From Phoronis australis (Eukaryota; Animalia; Phoronida): DNA of 64,000 nucleotides. Where the stretch lies: assembly GCA_002633005.1 (NCBI GenBank), contig NMRA01000257.1:455612-519611 (forward strand). Reading direction: 5' to 3'. Of this stretch, positions 1-12,570 are shown in pieces (the stretch's first letter is position 1; every line of letters begins with the position of its first letter). Under the pieces are notes generated by a model. It saw nothing but the letters and a program-made list of their open reading frames with translations. It had not been told where the DNA came from and made no database searches. The position numbers and the translations under genes are program-made.

Positions 1-464
1 CATGAAGAAACAATTCTACATTTGTATTGGGAATGTTCACTTGTTCAGAAGTTTTGGGGATGTTTAAGAACATGGATGATAAATCAGTGCAATTTCCCTC
101 TGCAGTTAAATATGTCTTCCGCCTTGTTTGGAGACCCAGCCTGTAGATTAGAAGCTGTAAATTTAATTCTTTGCTTAGCGAAATTCCACTTATATAGACA
201 AAGATTACAAAAGACTAAGCCCAATTTTCAGTCATTTTTACGTGAGGTATATGATTACTACAACCTGGAAAAAATTATTTACAATGATAAATTGGATCTT
301 GAGAGATTCCAGGCAAGGTGGTCTTTTTTGCCTAACTAGCTTTTGTAGGGTCTGATAATGTTTCGTAAATTGTTTGATGTACACTAAACTAGATGTCATA
401 TTGTCACACAACTATGTACTGGTTGGTTGAGTTAATAAATATCTCTGAAAAAAAAAAAAAAAAA
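1..464 (+). mobile_element. 3' end of an L1/Tx1-type non-LTR retrotransposon (ORF2 C-terminus, 3' UTR, poly-A tail)
   Basis: The frame ending at 339 reads HLYWECSLVQKFW...ALFG...NLILCLAKFHLYRQR, the zf-RVT-adjacent C-terminus typical of L1/Tx1 ORF2. AATAAA at ~434 is followed by an A17 tail at 448-464. Confidence 0.8.
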
Positions 465-469
465 GCATT

Positions 470-1140
470 TTACATTCCCACTATAGGGCGACATGCTAGT
501 AAACTTTCAATAGCCTCTAGCGGGTAACAAAGCAAGTCACCAATGCTCTGTTATGGGCACAACAAAGGTCAAAGCTGCCTGATACAGGGTTTGTGCTACC
601 GTTGCTTATTTGATAAACTTTCTCAACATCCTTCAAGGAACCTGATATACATCACGGCAAACGCAAAGAAAAACAAAATTGCTACTAGGGGACTGTGCAG
701 TAGTCGGATTTGACTCAAAATCCTTATCAGCTGTACATACAACTTTCAAGAATATCAATCAAAGAACTTCGTTGTTACTGAGCCACAGGCATATTAGACA
801 AAATCGCCACTGGAGGGCGCTACAGCAGTCGCACTAGTAAGAGAATTGACAGCCACGCACTTCACAAAAAACATGTATGCCAAATTTCATAATGGTTTAC
901 CCGATAAGAGAGGTGGATGACAGAGTTGAATAAAGAATAACAATGACAACTGCGTGGCATACAATAAGACAAAGCCATCTGAAAATAGGAAGCGTTAATA
1001 CCCCTTTCAACAGAAATTTATATGCTTTTTTATGCCAAGTTTCATGAAAATCTGTTAAGGAACTGTGATGATACAGAGGAAAACGTAAACTAAAATTGCC
1101 ACAAGGGGGCACAACGGTAGTCAAATACGCCCACAAGTTG
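470..1140 (+). repeat. Copy of the HINE/Helentron-like dispersed repeat (degenerate ~145-bp subunits)
   Basis: Recurring AAATTGCCACTAGRGGGCGC-like and CAAATTTCAT motifs (681, 806, 1098); similar to 8840-9830 and 63180-64000. Confidence 0.7.
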
Positions 1141-1170
1141 TCATCTGTTTTTCACTTGCCATGAACCTAC

Positions 1171-4100
1171 CCAATTTTCACAGTAGGCTCTTCTTTAAGG
1201 GCATCTGCAGTCCAAAGACCCAACTTGTCACCCTTATTTCTAATGTTGACAACAGCACCGTTGACTTGATCACTGTTCTCCCCAAACGACTCGCCTATTA
1301 AGCATAGTAACTGAAAACGAAACGAAAAACAGATATCAGTTAACTACCTAACTCTAAACAGCCTGTTGCCGATTACTCATTTTTAGTATATTCATCACCA
1401 GATGAAGAAAAAAAACCGAAAGATTTTGCCAATGCAATCTGACAATTTACTTAAGACTCTAGACCATCAGCTATGTTTACATTGAACAATGGCTGAGTTT
1501 GCAACCCCACAGACTGAAGAACGACTTACACCATAATTAAACACGTACTTTATCGTTTTTAGAATTGTGTATATCAGTATTACAGGGCACTAATGTATCA
1601 CTGAATGCGTATTTCTTATCACAAGACACCATGGTGGGTCACTACGTCAGGGAAACAAAAACAAATGTCATTAAAAACAGAAATTACGAAAAAGTATAAA
1701 AATGGAGCGCTGCAAGCGAAACCAAGCCATGAGCACTCTTTGGCACTTTCAACCATCTCCACAATTGTTTGCAATGGGGGTAAAATTATGCAAAGAATAC
1801 GAAGGCAACCGACTGAAAGATGGTAAGAAACGGCATCATCCCACAGCATATCCCAAACTTAAAATGCAAAAAAAAGCTTTCACGAAGGTCTGTGGCAAAA
1901 GGCTTTATGATTCAGTTCATTCAAAATACACAAGGCCTATAACTAGTCTACCCAGTATACGACGAACCATAGTTGTATAAATTCTAAAGATCCCTCGACG
2001 TACATTATAACAAGGTTAGATTGCATTATGCTCTCCTGCTTAGGGTAATGGTCTGATATAACGTGCCCGAATTTTGATAACCACTTTTCTCCACCAAATA
2101 ACGGCTATCAAACTAGTTCTCAAAATACTGGCACGTTATATCAGACTATTGCCCTGCTTAGTATGCTAATGCACAGCGATAGAAAACAAAGGTATCATAA
2201 TCGAGGGTGGGTACGTGTTTCAAGTCACAAGAAAACAAAGCTGACTCGCAACAGAGCTTTTGTAACTATATAATGCTTTGTTACCAAGGAAATCCAAGGG
2301 TGTGATTATAACATTTGAGATCACTGATGGGGCAAAACTGCTAGCAAACCTTGAAAAGCTGTATTTCATTGCTGTTCAGCTGCCAATGCTGAACCGTTTA
2401 CACAAAGGATTTAAAAACATTACGTTTATTTGATCTTGAAATGTTGCCAAATGAACCAGCAAATAAGTCTCACGCGTCGCGAACATGGGCCATTTTCGAA
2501 TCCACAATTTTAGGGTTCGATAACCCCAATAAACTCTGATTAAGCGTTTTCTTGTGCCGATGTTTCGATATTCTTGCTGGTGACAGACAACGAGTCCGGT
2601 CACAGTAAGAGTGAGTAAAAGTCCTAATTCGATATGGGGTGATACCACATGCAGATTTAAGATGTCTGACCAAACAGGTCAAACCTTCATGATAGTCCTA
2701 CAAATGGCAATACAAGCACCTACTTCTCCCATAATTACAAATTTCTTTTGCTGAGGGAGCCTGCAAAATCGATGACAACTGTCGAACTTAAAGGCGAAGG
2801 CAACCTTTTTCCATGTCATTTTGAGCTAAAATAAGGTGGGTTGGTTATCCTAGACATATTTTCTACTTAATTACAGCTTTTCGTAATTTTGTTAATTACT
2901 CGTCCGCTACTCCGGAAGTGACGTTTTAGGAGGCAAGCGTTTCCCNNNNNNNNNNNNNNNNNNNNNNNNNNNNNNNNNNNNNNNNNNNNNNNNNNNNNNN
3001 NNNNNNNNNNNNNNNNNNNNNNNNNNNNNNNNNNNNNNNNNNNNNNNNNNNNNNNNNNNNNNNNNNNNNNNNNNNNNNNNNNNNNNNNNNNNNNNNNNNN
3101 NNNNNNNNNNNNNNNNNNNNNNNNNNNNNNNNNNNNNNNNNNNNNNNNNNNNNNNNNNNNNNNNNNNNNNNNNNNNNNNNNNNNNNNNNNNNNNNNNNNN
3201 NNNNNNNNNNNNNNNNNNNNNNNNNNNNNNNNNNNNNNNNNNNNNNNNNNNNNNNNNNNNNNNNNNNNNNNNNNNNNNNNNNNNNNNNNNNNNNNNNNNN
3301 NNNNNNNNNNNNNNNNNNNNNNNNNNNNNNNNNNNNNNNNNNNNNNNNNNNNNNNNNNNNNNNNNNNNNNNNNNNNNNNNNNNNNNNNNNNNNNNNNNNN
3401 NNNNNNNNNNNNNNNNNNNNNNNNNNNNNNNNNNNNNNNNNNNNNNNNNNNNNNNNNNNNNNNNNNNNNNNNNNNNNNNNNNNNNNNNNNNNNNNNNNNN
3501 NNNNNNNNNNNNNNNNNNNNNNNNNNNNNNNNNNNNNNNNNNNNNNNNNNNNNNNNNNNNNNNNNNNNNNNNNNNNNNNNNNNNGACGGGACACTGCCGG
3601 GAATCAACACAGACGGAATGGCATCCTTCTTCAGGCGTTGTTTCGCAGGGACCTTCATCAGTTCAGCGTACAAATCCCTTTCGTAACCGGAGGGCAGAAA
3701 GTGCTTGCCACACACACGATAATTCTCCACTGCTTTGTACGTTGCGTGGATGGGTAACGCTGCGTTCTTCACACGAACGAGCCAAGTATGACGAAGTGTG
3801 GCATCCATCGGAAAGCGATGCAAAGGTACTCCCAAAGCGCGCGTGAGCCGATAATTAGTACATTCCGGTACGCAGCAACAGTGTGGCATGTTGACTGACT
3901 AGTAAATGAAAGCAAACGACGACGGAACTTTAAACAACCGAGGTAGAACAATGACTGACTCGGCAGCTCTCACCGTCAGACTATATGAAAAGAAATTGGC
4001 GCGAAATGCTTGCCTCCTAAAACGTCACTTCCGCAGTAGCGGACGAGTAATTAATAAAATTACAAAAAGCTGTAATTAAGTGGAAAATATGTCTAGGATA

Positions 4101-7100
4101 ACCAACCAACCTTATTTTAGCTCAAAATGACATGGAAAAAGGTTGCCTTCGCCTTTAAATAACTTTGAAATCTGCAGAATAAACCAAAATTTGCAACAGG
4201 TGAACGGGGTGACCACCCAGGGTCTTACTTGGTAATGATAACTTGAACATGTCAGACAGACATCACAATGTTCTGCCTTTGACGACAAAAATAATAAGTT
4301 TCATGCAGTCCAACAATTTACAAAGGCTAATGCATGTTAGGCCACAAACTGTCAGAACTTGTGACAGTTTATGCAGAGCTTAGGAGCACAAAAACGACTC
4401 AGGTTTCTATTCTAACAACTTGTGCGTTTGTGGGGCTGCACAAACTGCTGTTTGCGCAGACCTTCGAAGCACATGTACTAGCTTCGTTTTATGATAAACA
4501 TACCGTCTCCAACCAAAATTTGTCCAACTCCAGTGTTCTCTGTGATTTGTTTATCTTGATGAGCCAGCGTCCTCCCCTCTTGTTCCTTTCATCTTCCCAC
4601 ATAGGCTGAATGCCATCCTGAAAACACACAAGGTGAAGAACTTAAACTACCGACTACATATTCTTTCAGTGCAGCAACTCTTGCCACATTGTCAAATGTA
4701 TACTAGAAACAAGGCTTGGTTTGGCAGCCTCACATTTCGTTTGGCAACATGTGAAGAATCTCAAATCACCACAAAGTTGCCACGCCCACCTCTAAACAAT
4801 ACATGCGCTCAAAATACTGCAGAATGTACACAGATGTGAGTCAAAATTGTCGTTTTGGAAAACAGACAAATAGACATCACAGTATCTGTGAAAGCTTTGT
4901 TTACAATGTTCACAAGTTAACCGTTACTGTTTTTTTCATTTTACTAGGGTAATTCACTAACTCAAAACCTTAAACAGCAAAATCTGTACAAAGAGATCAG
5001 ACTGAAGCCCGAGTTGAAAGGTTTTCTCTCTACATGTATTAATGGGTGGCTCACAATGAAATTTAAAAACCTTGAAAACCCTGTAGAATGGGACACATTT
5101 AATGCCAGTTTGCATGGAAAAATGGTATTGCACAATGGTATACTTTAGTCTTTTGCTACCAATATGAAAACAACATTTGAGCTACACTTGGAATTCCTGG
5201 ATTGTTATCTCAACTCCAAAATAGAATTACATCTAATCAAAAAAATCTGTGAAACCTTAAATTTGAACAGAGAGGTGATGAAAACAGTGGACTAAGCAGA
5301 CAATTGTACCATGCAGAGATCCAAAGACTAAATCTTCAACCTTCAACTCTGAGTAACTGGCTATGCCTGAGCCTTGGGTTAGTGTATATTTTATTTTCAT
5401 GACAACACAGATTATACAACAATGTTTTCCACAAAATGCACATAATTACAAAAATGTATTCCAGGGGCCTCGATCACTCGAGTTTGGGGCTGAACTTCGG
5501 CCTATTCCCCTCTGAAAAATATCTAAAATTCATGTTAAATTGCCCTCATTAGGCCCTAAAATCCCCCTTGAGGTTCGAATCACAGGTTACAGCTCGCACA
5601 GGTTACAGTTTAATAAAGTACAAAAAGTTAGTTTTGGCTACTTGAGGCAGGGCCTATGAGGGCTTGCAACAGGGGTGGGGTGTGCTATTGATGGAGATGG
5701 GGAGGGGGGTAGAATTTTCTGCTCACCCCAAAAAATTCCCCTCTCAGAAGGCACATGCACCTTCCCCTTCGGGTGATGAAGGGCCCTGTATTCTCACGAG
5801 TATCAAATTAAGACACTGTTGATAAACTCAGTGAAACATTTAATAGACATTTTACATTAGCTTTATGGATAGATGAGGTCACAGCTGTTACCCATCACTG
5901 TGGTGGAGCCACTTGTTCATGTCGTATGATTGGCAGCTAGTGACCCCTGACAGGTCAGGTCAGCTGAGATGTACATAAACAACATTGGCTGGATCACCAC
6001 AAGCAGTGGCTACTGACAACTATAAACTGCAACCCAGATGTCCAGACATATCCATGTTATTAACCTGAATCAGATGGCAAGCCTGGTTTAACCCATTGCT
6101 GGAAGTGTGCTGGAAACCTAACACAGGGCAACAGGTCCAACTGAAACACGGCAGCTTCAAGTTGATGTAAGACCTCAGAAAAATGTTGATATTTGTCAAC
6201 ACCATACCTCAGAATGGGATAGTGGGATCACATGATAATAAGCTCTATGCAAAGCTCTCTGAAACACATGAGGGGCTATCAAGAATGGGACTTGTGTTAT
6301 CTTTTTTACAAAAACCATATCATCGATGGTGTGCTGAAAAAGTCAAAACTGTGAATCTCGTAAAATCTTGCTTAACTCCAATTACAAACAATTCGAAACC
6401 AATCAAAACGTTAAAAAAGAGCTTCAATTCCCCCACTTTCCATTTCCAGATTGATGTCGGAAAAACTTGTACACTGTACATGGCTAAACTTATTCACTGG
6501 CAAATTTTTAGGATTGCATTTCCCAGAGCCAAGTAAATTTTGAGAATACCATATAACATGGAGTGCAGTCAGTAACAACGCCCTATAATCGGTATTTGTT
6601 AATGGATTCTAACGAAACTTTCAGGGTAATACGCACAAACATTGTCTTATGATATTTTGAAATCAAGACATCCATGTATAGAGGCAGGTATTCGTCAGGT
6701 TGAGTATTCAAGATTTTGGTTAAAAAAATTATCATCAGTCAGTGAAGCGTTTAGATGAAATTCGTATTGACTGCCCAGTACATACATCTAACATCTCAAA
6801 CTCAATTCAACATCATCAAGACTTGCAGGCCCATTATATCAAATGAGAGCAAAAGAAACCAATACAATTTGACATTAAATGGAAATATATTTCCTGGCCG
6901 GTTTCTAGAATTTCATTATATTATAGGACACAACCTGCACACAGGGCCAAGATAACAGGAAAATATATCTACTTTTCAGACTACACTGTGAAATTTACTC
7001 TCAGAACCAGTGTTTCTACTACATACTCTGAAAGGGAAAATCTGCATTTTAAGCAGCCAAAGTCAACCATTGAAAAACTGAATTTAAAGTTTCCTGCAAC

Positions 7101-10100
7101 CAATTCAACCCCCACAACTCTCCCGTATATTGAAATCCCCCTGATGAATGCTGCTATCGAACCACAATATACAGGTTACTTGAAGATTTACTTGAGCTTT
7201 CTGAATGTAATTTTCTCCGTTAAAATATTCGGAAAGATTGTTTTGTTGTTCCAAAAGCAAACAGACATGGCATTTGGCAGACACAGCTTCACCACCTAAA
7301 TGAGACCAACAATATCAACGGCAGTGAAAAGTTCATCTTACCTTGAACAAGGAATAATCACAACCTGAGGCCAGACGACTGGCTGGCTGAATATAGTTGT
7401 ACAACCTACAAAAACACGAAAACAAAGATAAGTGTGCACCACATAACAAATGTTTCTTAGACAAGGAGTAGAGGATTTCAAAGCATTGACTTTCTTACCA
7501 AAGATCTTTAACTGGTTGTGTACAATTCTTCTTCTTCTTCAGCGTTCTCGGTTGTGTACAATAAATTAACTGCAATTCCGACAGCCACAAACCGCTTTCC
7601 CATTAGGGGATCTTCGGTTTACCAAAGCTTCACTAAAACTCCGCTTACCTTTCCCACTAGACAGTGATATCGAAGTTATTGCAATGGCAATTCAGTCATT
7701 GAAGTAGATACTATACGGCGCACTTCGTTCATACTCTCAAACGAATATCGAGTACTGAGTTCGAGGCTAACTGAAATTTGTTCTCCTGCCATTTATGAGT
7801 GATTGTGAAAATGATCAGAGTCGTTCTTCATCAGATATGCTTTCTTTTATTTATTTACGTGCGTCTATTGAGAGCACGTCCACTATGCTAAAGTAACAAA
7901 GAACACATTCTGCAAGTCTCGCGTGATCATATATCGTTGCCGTGACCTCTCACCAACAACTTCAACGAAGCTTCGCTTTTAAACCCATTTTCAGCAAAGT
8001 TTTGCTTGCAAATTAATTACTGGACTTGACCATTCCTAATCATTGAAACTTTGGTAAAAGTGAAGTTTCACCTCTAATGAGAAAGCGAGAATAGTGCTTG
8101 AACGACTGACACTTACTTGCCATGACATGCAACTTAATGGAGTTGTATCATAACTAGAAACCACGCTTTTCACAGACAATGGCAAACAGGTGCAATTCAC
8201 AGAATCTGACTTCTTTCACGGAATGAGAAATTTCTAGTGAAATTCCTATACTTCAGCAGCAGATACAGACCATAATTCTAACATTATTGGTTTTCAACTA
8301 CCAAAAAGTATTAATCCGTTAAAGTCAACATATTCTGAGCACAAATTGATCGATAACTGTTTGGCAGCAGACGTTCCTTCTGAAGGTGGCGCTGTTCTTT
8401 TCCCGGTTTGGGGAAACAATAAAAAGGTATGTAGCACGTTATTTGTAAACTGAGTTTTGGCAAAAATCAGTGCTAAAAGTAAGACAATTCCCAAATAATA
8501 TCCATACTATTTTTCACTTAAAAATCAGTAAAATGTAATTTAACAAACCAGAACTACAAAAGAAAAAATTGTGTTTACTCAAACGGATTCTGGTCTTTTT
8601 GAAAATACAAAACCAAGATTCTTAAACATTAGTTCTTTTCAAGTCTAGAGAAGTTATTTCTACTTTGAGCAGGGAACAAGAGGAGACGGATTTTTACAAC
8701 AGCAAGCAGCCTAAATCAAAAGTTGCTCCATGCACTTTTAATGTGGTTGTACAACCAACAAGAGCAACGCAGAGCGTTGAAATGCGCCCACAATTGCACC
8801 GTATACGGTATCTTTCTAGGGTTGTTTATTGGTACCATAAAGTGGCCAGTAGAGGGCATATATGTAGTATGTTGTACTTTGCAAAATGGAAAGGCATGGT
8901 CATTGTCTCCTCAATAGGCTAGGGACAAAATGTGAGTGATCTTCATAATACAAGCACATCCTATACATCAGTTGCTTAAAGCACCACAGAAACATAGAAT
9001 TAAAAACAAATTTACCAACATACGAGATTAGCACAGCATTAGAATGCCAGAAACAAATTTCCACTTGGAACTTTTCCTTCATAGTCACGAAGTAACACAA
9101 AGTATACACCTGAAGTCCTATGAAAATACAGAAGTCAATGTGAAATACTTAAATTGCCACTAGAGGCATACCGGTAGTCAGAATCATCCTAAAGTCGTCA
9201 TCGTCCGTTGTCAACATCACATAAATACACTTGCTAAATTTAGTAAAGATCCTGCAAACGGTTTGGGAGATACAGCTATGGGCGCAAAAAAAAAACTGCC
9301 ACTAGGAGGCGCCACAGTAATCAAAGTCATAGGAAATTCAGCGTCAACCGTCCTCTTCATAGTAAGAACATACATGCCAATTTTCACAATCATACTTAGA
9401 GCGGTTTGGTTGATAGAGGGGTGGACGCCAAAAAACAGACTAAAGAACAGTAAAAATGGCCACTAGGTGGCGCAAACTATGTCGAATCCATCTGAAAACG
9501 GGAGGATAGCGTCATCTCACTAATAGGTGCTTACATACCAAATTTCATGAAAATCCGTTCAGGACTTTTGAAGATACAAAGGTAAGCGTAAAAAACTAAA
9601 ATTGCCACTAGGGGGCACACCGGTAGTCGGATCCGTCCCAAAGTTCGCACATGCCGTCCCATTCATGAATGGAACATATGTGCCACATTTCATGAACATA
9701 TGTCAAAGGGTTTTGGAGATAGAGCAGCGGACGCCGGACGCCAGACGCCGGACGCCAGACGCCGGACGGACGGACGGAGATGACGGCATAATGCGTCCAC
9801 ATATAAATATGTGGGCGCATAACAAAGCAATAATTATACACCATGGTTAACATACCAAAGGAGCCAAAGGAGCAGGCAGAACAGGAATGGATAAACAGAG
9901 TTCAGAAAACACATGGTGAAACTTTTCAAACTTAGGACACAACATGGAAGAGAAGCGAAATTTTGATTTTTTTATTATTTGTCATAAAAGACAAGTTGTC
10001 AAATCAACACTTTACTATTTTGTCACTGCTACGTTTTGCAACAAAGCTAACATCAAACAATAGTTTAGAAAAAATGTGGATAATCACGGCAATGTCAGAA

Positions 10101-10655
10101 GCTGACGAAAAGTGGGCAACCTCAGCAAGTATTTTTGTCAGAAATTAATCTGTCAAATATTTCACCTTATAAATGTTCAACTGTTCTTCATATACTTAAA
10201 ATGATGAATAAGATATATCTTCCACGTCAGACAAGCACTGTAAAAACTGAACTGACAAAACAAGCAAAGTGTCTGAACATCAATTTCCAGACAAATATTT
10301 GTTAAAAGCATATGGTCTTTGAGTGAAACAGCCTAAACAGGCTTGCATGCATGTGATACATTTGTCTATTCCAAGCTCCGTATTCACTTGCAACAGACTT
10401 GCAAGCATGTCGAAAATTCGTCTACTTCAAGCTCCATATTACTTACGCCCAAAAGTCTTCTATCGTATCAAACGTAGTGATAACTTTCAGGTTTTCAGCC
10501 CAGTCTTTGGATTTGTCATTTTTAAAGTACCACAGAGCCCATCTGTTCTCCAGCGGGTGTTTCACATGTAGTTCTTGTGCCAAAACAGCGGATTCACCTT
10601 CTTCAGTGTCAGAGTTCTCTACTTCAAGATCATCACAAACTGTGTCTATCTGCAA
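1171..10655 (-). CDS. eIF4E: Eukaryotic translation initiation factor 4E, class I (partial gene)
   Basis: Exons 10649(or 10655)-10447, 7405-7342, 4617-4504 and 1310-1171 join with GT-AG sites in phases 2/0/0. They give ...KHPLENRWALWYFKNDKSKDWAENLKVITTFDTIEDFWA|LYNYIQPASRLASGCDYSLFK|DGIQPMWEDERNKRGGRWLIKINKSQRTLELDKFWLET|LLCLIGESFGENSDQVNGAVVNIRNKGDKLGLWTADALKEEPTVKIG. Trp is present at the W43/46/56/73/102/113/130/166-equivalent positions, as in class I. The last exon lies left of the window; the first coding exon is unresolved. Confidence 0.96.
2042..2155. mobile_element. Short palindromic MITE
   Basis: AGGGTAATGGTCTGATATAACGTGCC at the left is the inverted match of GGCACGTTATATCAGACTATTGCCCT at the right. 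An arm fragment recurs at ~31373-31396. Confidence 0.65.
2946..3584. other. Assembly gap (N run)
   Basis: 639 consecutive N inside the Kolobok element. Confidence 1.
3585..3889 (-). CDS. THAP zinc-finger domain, N-terminus of the Kolobok transposase (continues into the gap)
   Basis: MPHCCCVPECTN...LHRFPMD...W...RVCGKHF...LKKDAIPSV: the C2CH zinc ligands, conserved P/W/F and an AVPT-like box are intact. Confidence 0.85.
7514..7562 (-). mobile_element. Extremely 5'-truncated retroposon insertion (23 bp) with a 13-bp TSD
   Basis: GGTTGTGTACAAT at 7514-7526 and 7550-7562 flanks a sequence that reads GAGAACGCT(GAA)4GA on the minus strand. Confidence 0.6.
7594..8088. mobile_element. MITE with ~40-bp imperfect TIRs
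   Basis: CGCTTTCCCATTAGGGGATCTTCGGTTTACCAAAGCTTCA is the inverted match of TGAAACTTTGGTAAAAGTGAAGTTTCACCTCTAATGAGAAAGCG. Confidence 0.6.
8830..9825 (+). mobile_element. HINE/Helentron-like non-autonomous element (tandem subunits, (GACG)n-type microsatellite, 3' hairpin)
   Basis: Subunits of ~142-161 bp, a GGAC/GACG microsatellite at ~9728-9780 and a terminal stem-loop ATGCGTCCACATAT-AA-ATATGTGGGCGCAT at ~9791-9820. The segment is colinear with 63180-64000. Confidence 0.7.
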
Positions 10656-12204
10656 CTGTAAACAATAAATGTTCAAGTGTCTTCACACCAGCAAATGCAC
10701 CAATGACCAGTCACTTTCAGCACTGTCAACAGGCACAGTTAACAACACATCATCTGTGACAGTACTAGACTAAGAGACACTGGGCACAGGCACTAGTGCA
10801 TGTTGTTCTTCCCACCTGTTGTATGGTCCCAGTTTTGGCCGTATCAGCGGCCCACTCAAGCCTGTGTATTCACACACAGCCTAACAATGATTGAGAAACT
10901 CCACGAGACACATGAAAATCTTGAGCCATGCTTTACAAGTCCCAATTTATTCTGGTGCACATTTTGTAAGAAGCCAAATGACAGAAACAGTAAATTAACA
11001 AATATTTATTTTTCGTTATTTTATCGAGAAATATGGTAGTGACATCACCAGAAGACTATCTCCTGTAAAAAAGGTGGAACTTTACCATAGTTGAATCAAT
11101 AAGTTTAGAGTTAAATAAAGGTTACAAGAAGCAGCAACTCAAAGTTTGGACTTGTGCCGACACAGAAGCAGGACAGAGTTCAATAACTGTCTCGCAACGA
11201 GAAAAATCGAGCCAAAATCATGTGTTCTCATTTAAAATACACGGCAATATCTTGCGTAATCTGGAAAAGTCCTGCTTTTCTAGGGAGGTCTTAGCGGTAC
11301 TGAACTCTACACTGGTCTCTGTTAACCAAGGCCGATTTCCTGACAACATAGCACAGTAAGGAATACTACTGAGTAGGGTAGTCGTCTTGTCTGCTCAATG
11401 TGATAGGCTCTGGTTGTTATTTTATCACCAGAGACCTCAACAAACCAAAACAAGCAGTTACACTCCACAAACATTCAACAGTGTAACGGGTCAATCGGAC
11501 GTCATTTTCAAAATTAAGATTACGTAGATACCTAGAAAAATGTCCAAATTTGTTTCATATCGGGACATAAAATCTCAGAAATGATTTATATGAAACATGC
11601 ATGCAGAGCTTGATTGGTCAACCAGCAGGTTGCCAAAGTGACCTCAGATTTTATTTAGCAACCTAGAAAAACTCCCATATCAGAGTATACACTTAAAATA
11701 CTAGTTTGGCTAAAATCGAAAGAACCCGCCCGTATACATCAGACCAGAAGCTGGGCTTATGGCAAGATATTAGGCCTAAAAGGGGAAATTGGTCGACAAC
11801 AAGTACATGGGGCATTCCTAATTTCCCACTCCATTTAAAACCGGTCATCTTGGGTGCACCAGTGGACAATTGCAGAGTCCACTGGCTTTCATTTCAGGTA
11901 TCTTGTTTCTTTCAATTTATGTTTGATGACCTGGGAATTTTNCCCCCCCCGTAACCGTTACAGACACTATGCTTTATCCACAGTCTTACAAAACACTGAT
12001 ACAGAAGGGATATGTTCCACTTTCACATGAGAGGCGATCACACACGTTAATCTTTATGAAAAAATCAACTGCTGCATAAAATGAAATGATAATTCAGGAA
12101 ACAGAACATTTATTTCAGAATGAAACTTGCTCATGCTATTGATGACCATGTTTTGCTAAGACAAAGTAGAGTTGCATATTGAACACATTCATTACTTATT
12201 GAGG

Positions 12205-12570
12205 TTGGTTTTCTAAGAAATTTCATGTCTGTAACCTTGAAACACCTAATAATTCTTCTTCATGAAATTAGTGTAATCTACTTTGCAAGATGAATATATT
12301 GTTACGGACACTCTTGATATGTTTAACCTTTTCAACCAAATTAAATTGAACCAAATTGAAGACAGCTCAAAATATAAGTTAGTTTTCTAAGAAATTTCAT
12401 TTCTGTAAACACTGAAATAATAAATCATCATGAATCTAATGTAATCTACTTTGCTTGACAAATATTTTGTTACAGAAACTCTGATATGTTCACCCTTTTC
12501 AAACAAAGTAAATGTGTACCAAATTGAAGACAGGCTCAAAATGTAGCTAAGTTTTCTAAGAAATTTCACA
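12205..12570. repeat. Degenerate ~172-bp tandem repeat (2+ units)
   Basis: GTTTTCTAAGAAATTTCA recurs at ~12208, ~12382 and ~12551, with shared downstream sequence (TGTAATCTACTTTGC, CCAAATTGAAGACAG). Confidence 0.65.

Larger units (their letters stand above)
2792..4154 (-). mobile_element. Non-autonomous Kolobok-type DNA transposon, copy 1
   Basis: TTAA at 2788-2791 and 4155-4158 flanks termini AGGCGAAGG...CCTTCGCCT. The inverted repeats are at least 150 bp (the left one runs into the N gap) and a THAP ORF lies inside. TTAA TSD plus RR...YY termini plus THAP is the Kolobok signature. Confidence 0.85.

Noticed and set aside
2867-3594. Long ORFs of 340 and 222 aa in the ORF track
   Set aside because: Their length comes from translating the N gap; only 3585-3889 is real coding sequence.
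2792-4154. piggyBac or P element, or a host THAP gene
   Set aside because: piggyBac termini start with CC(C/T) and lack THAP, and P elements make 8-bp TSDs. TTAA + AGG termini + THAP fits Kolobok, and the TIRs and second copy argue against a host gene.
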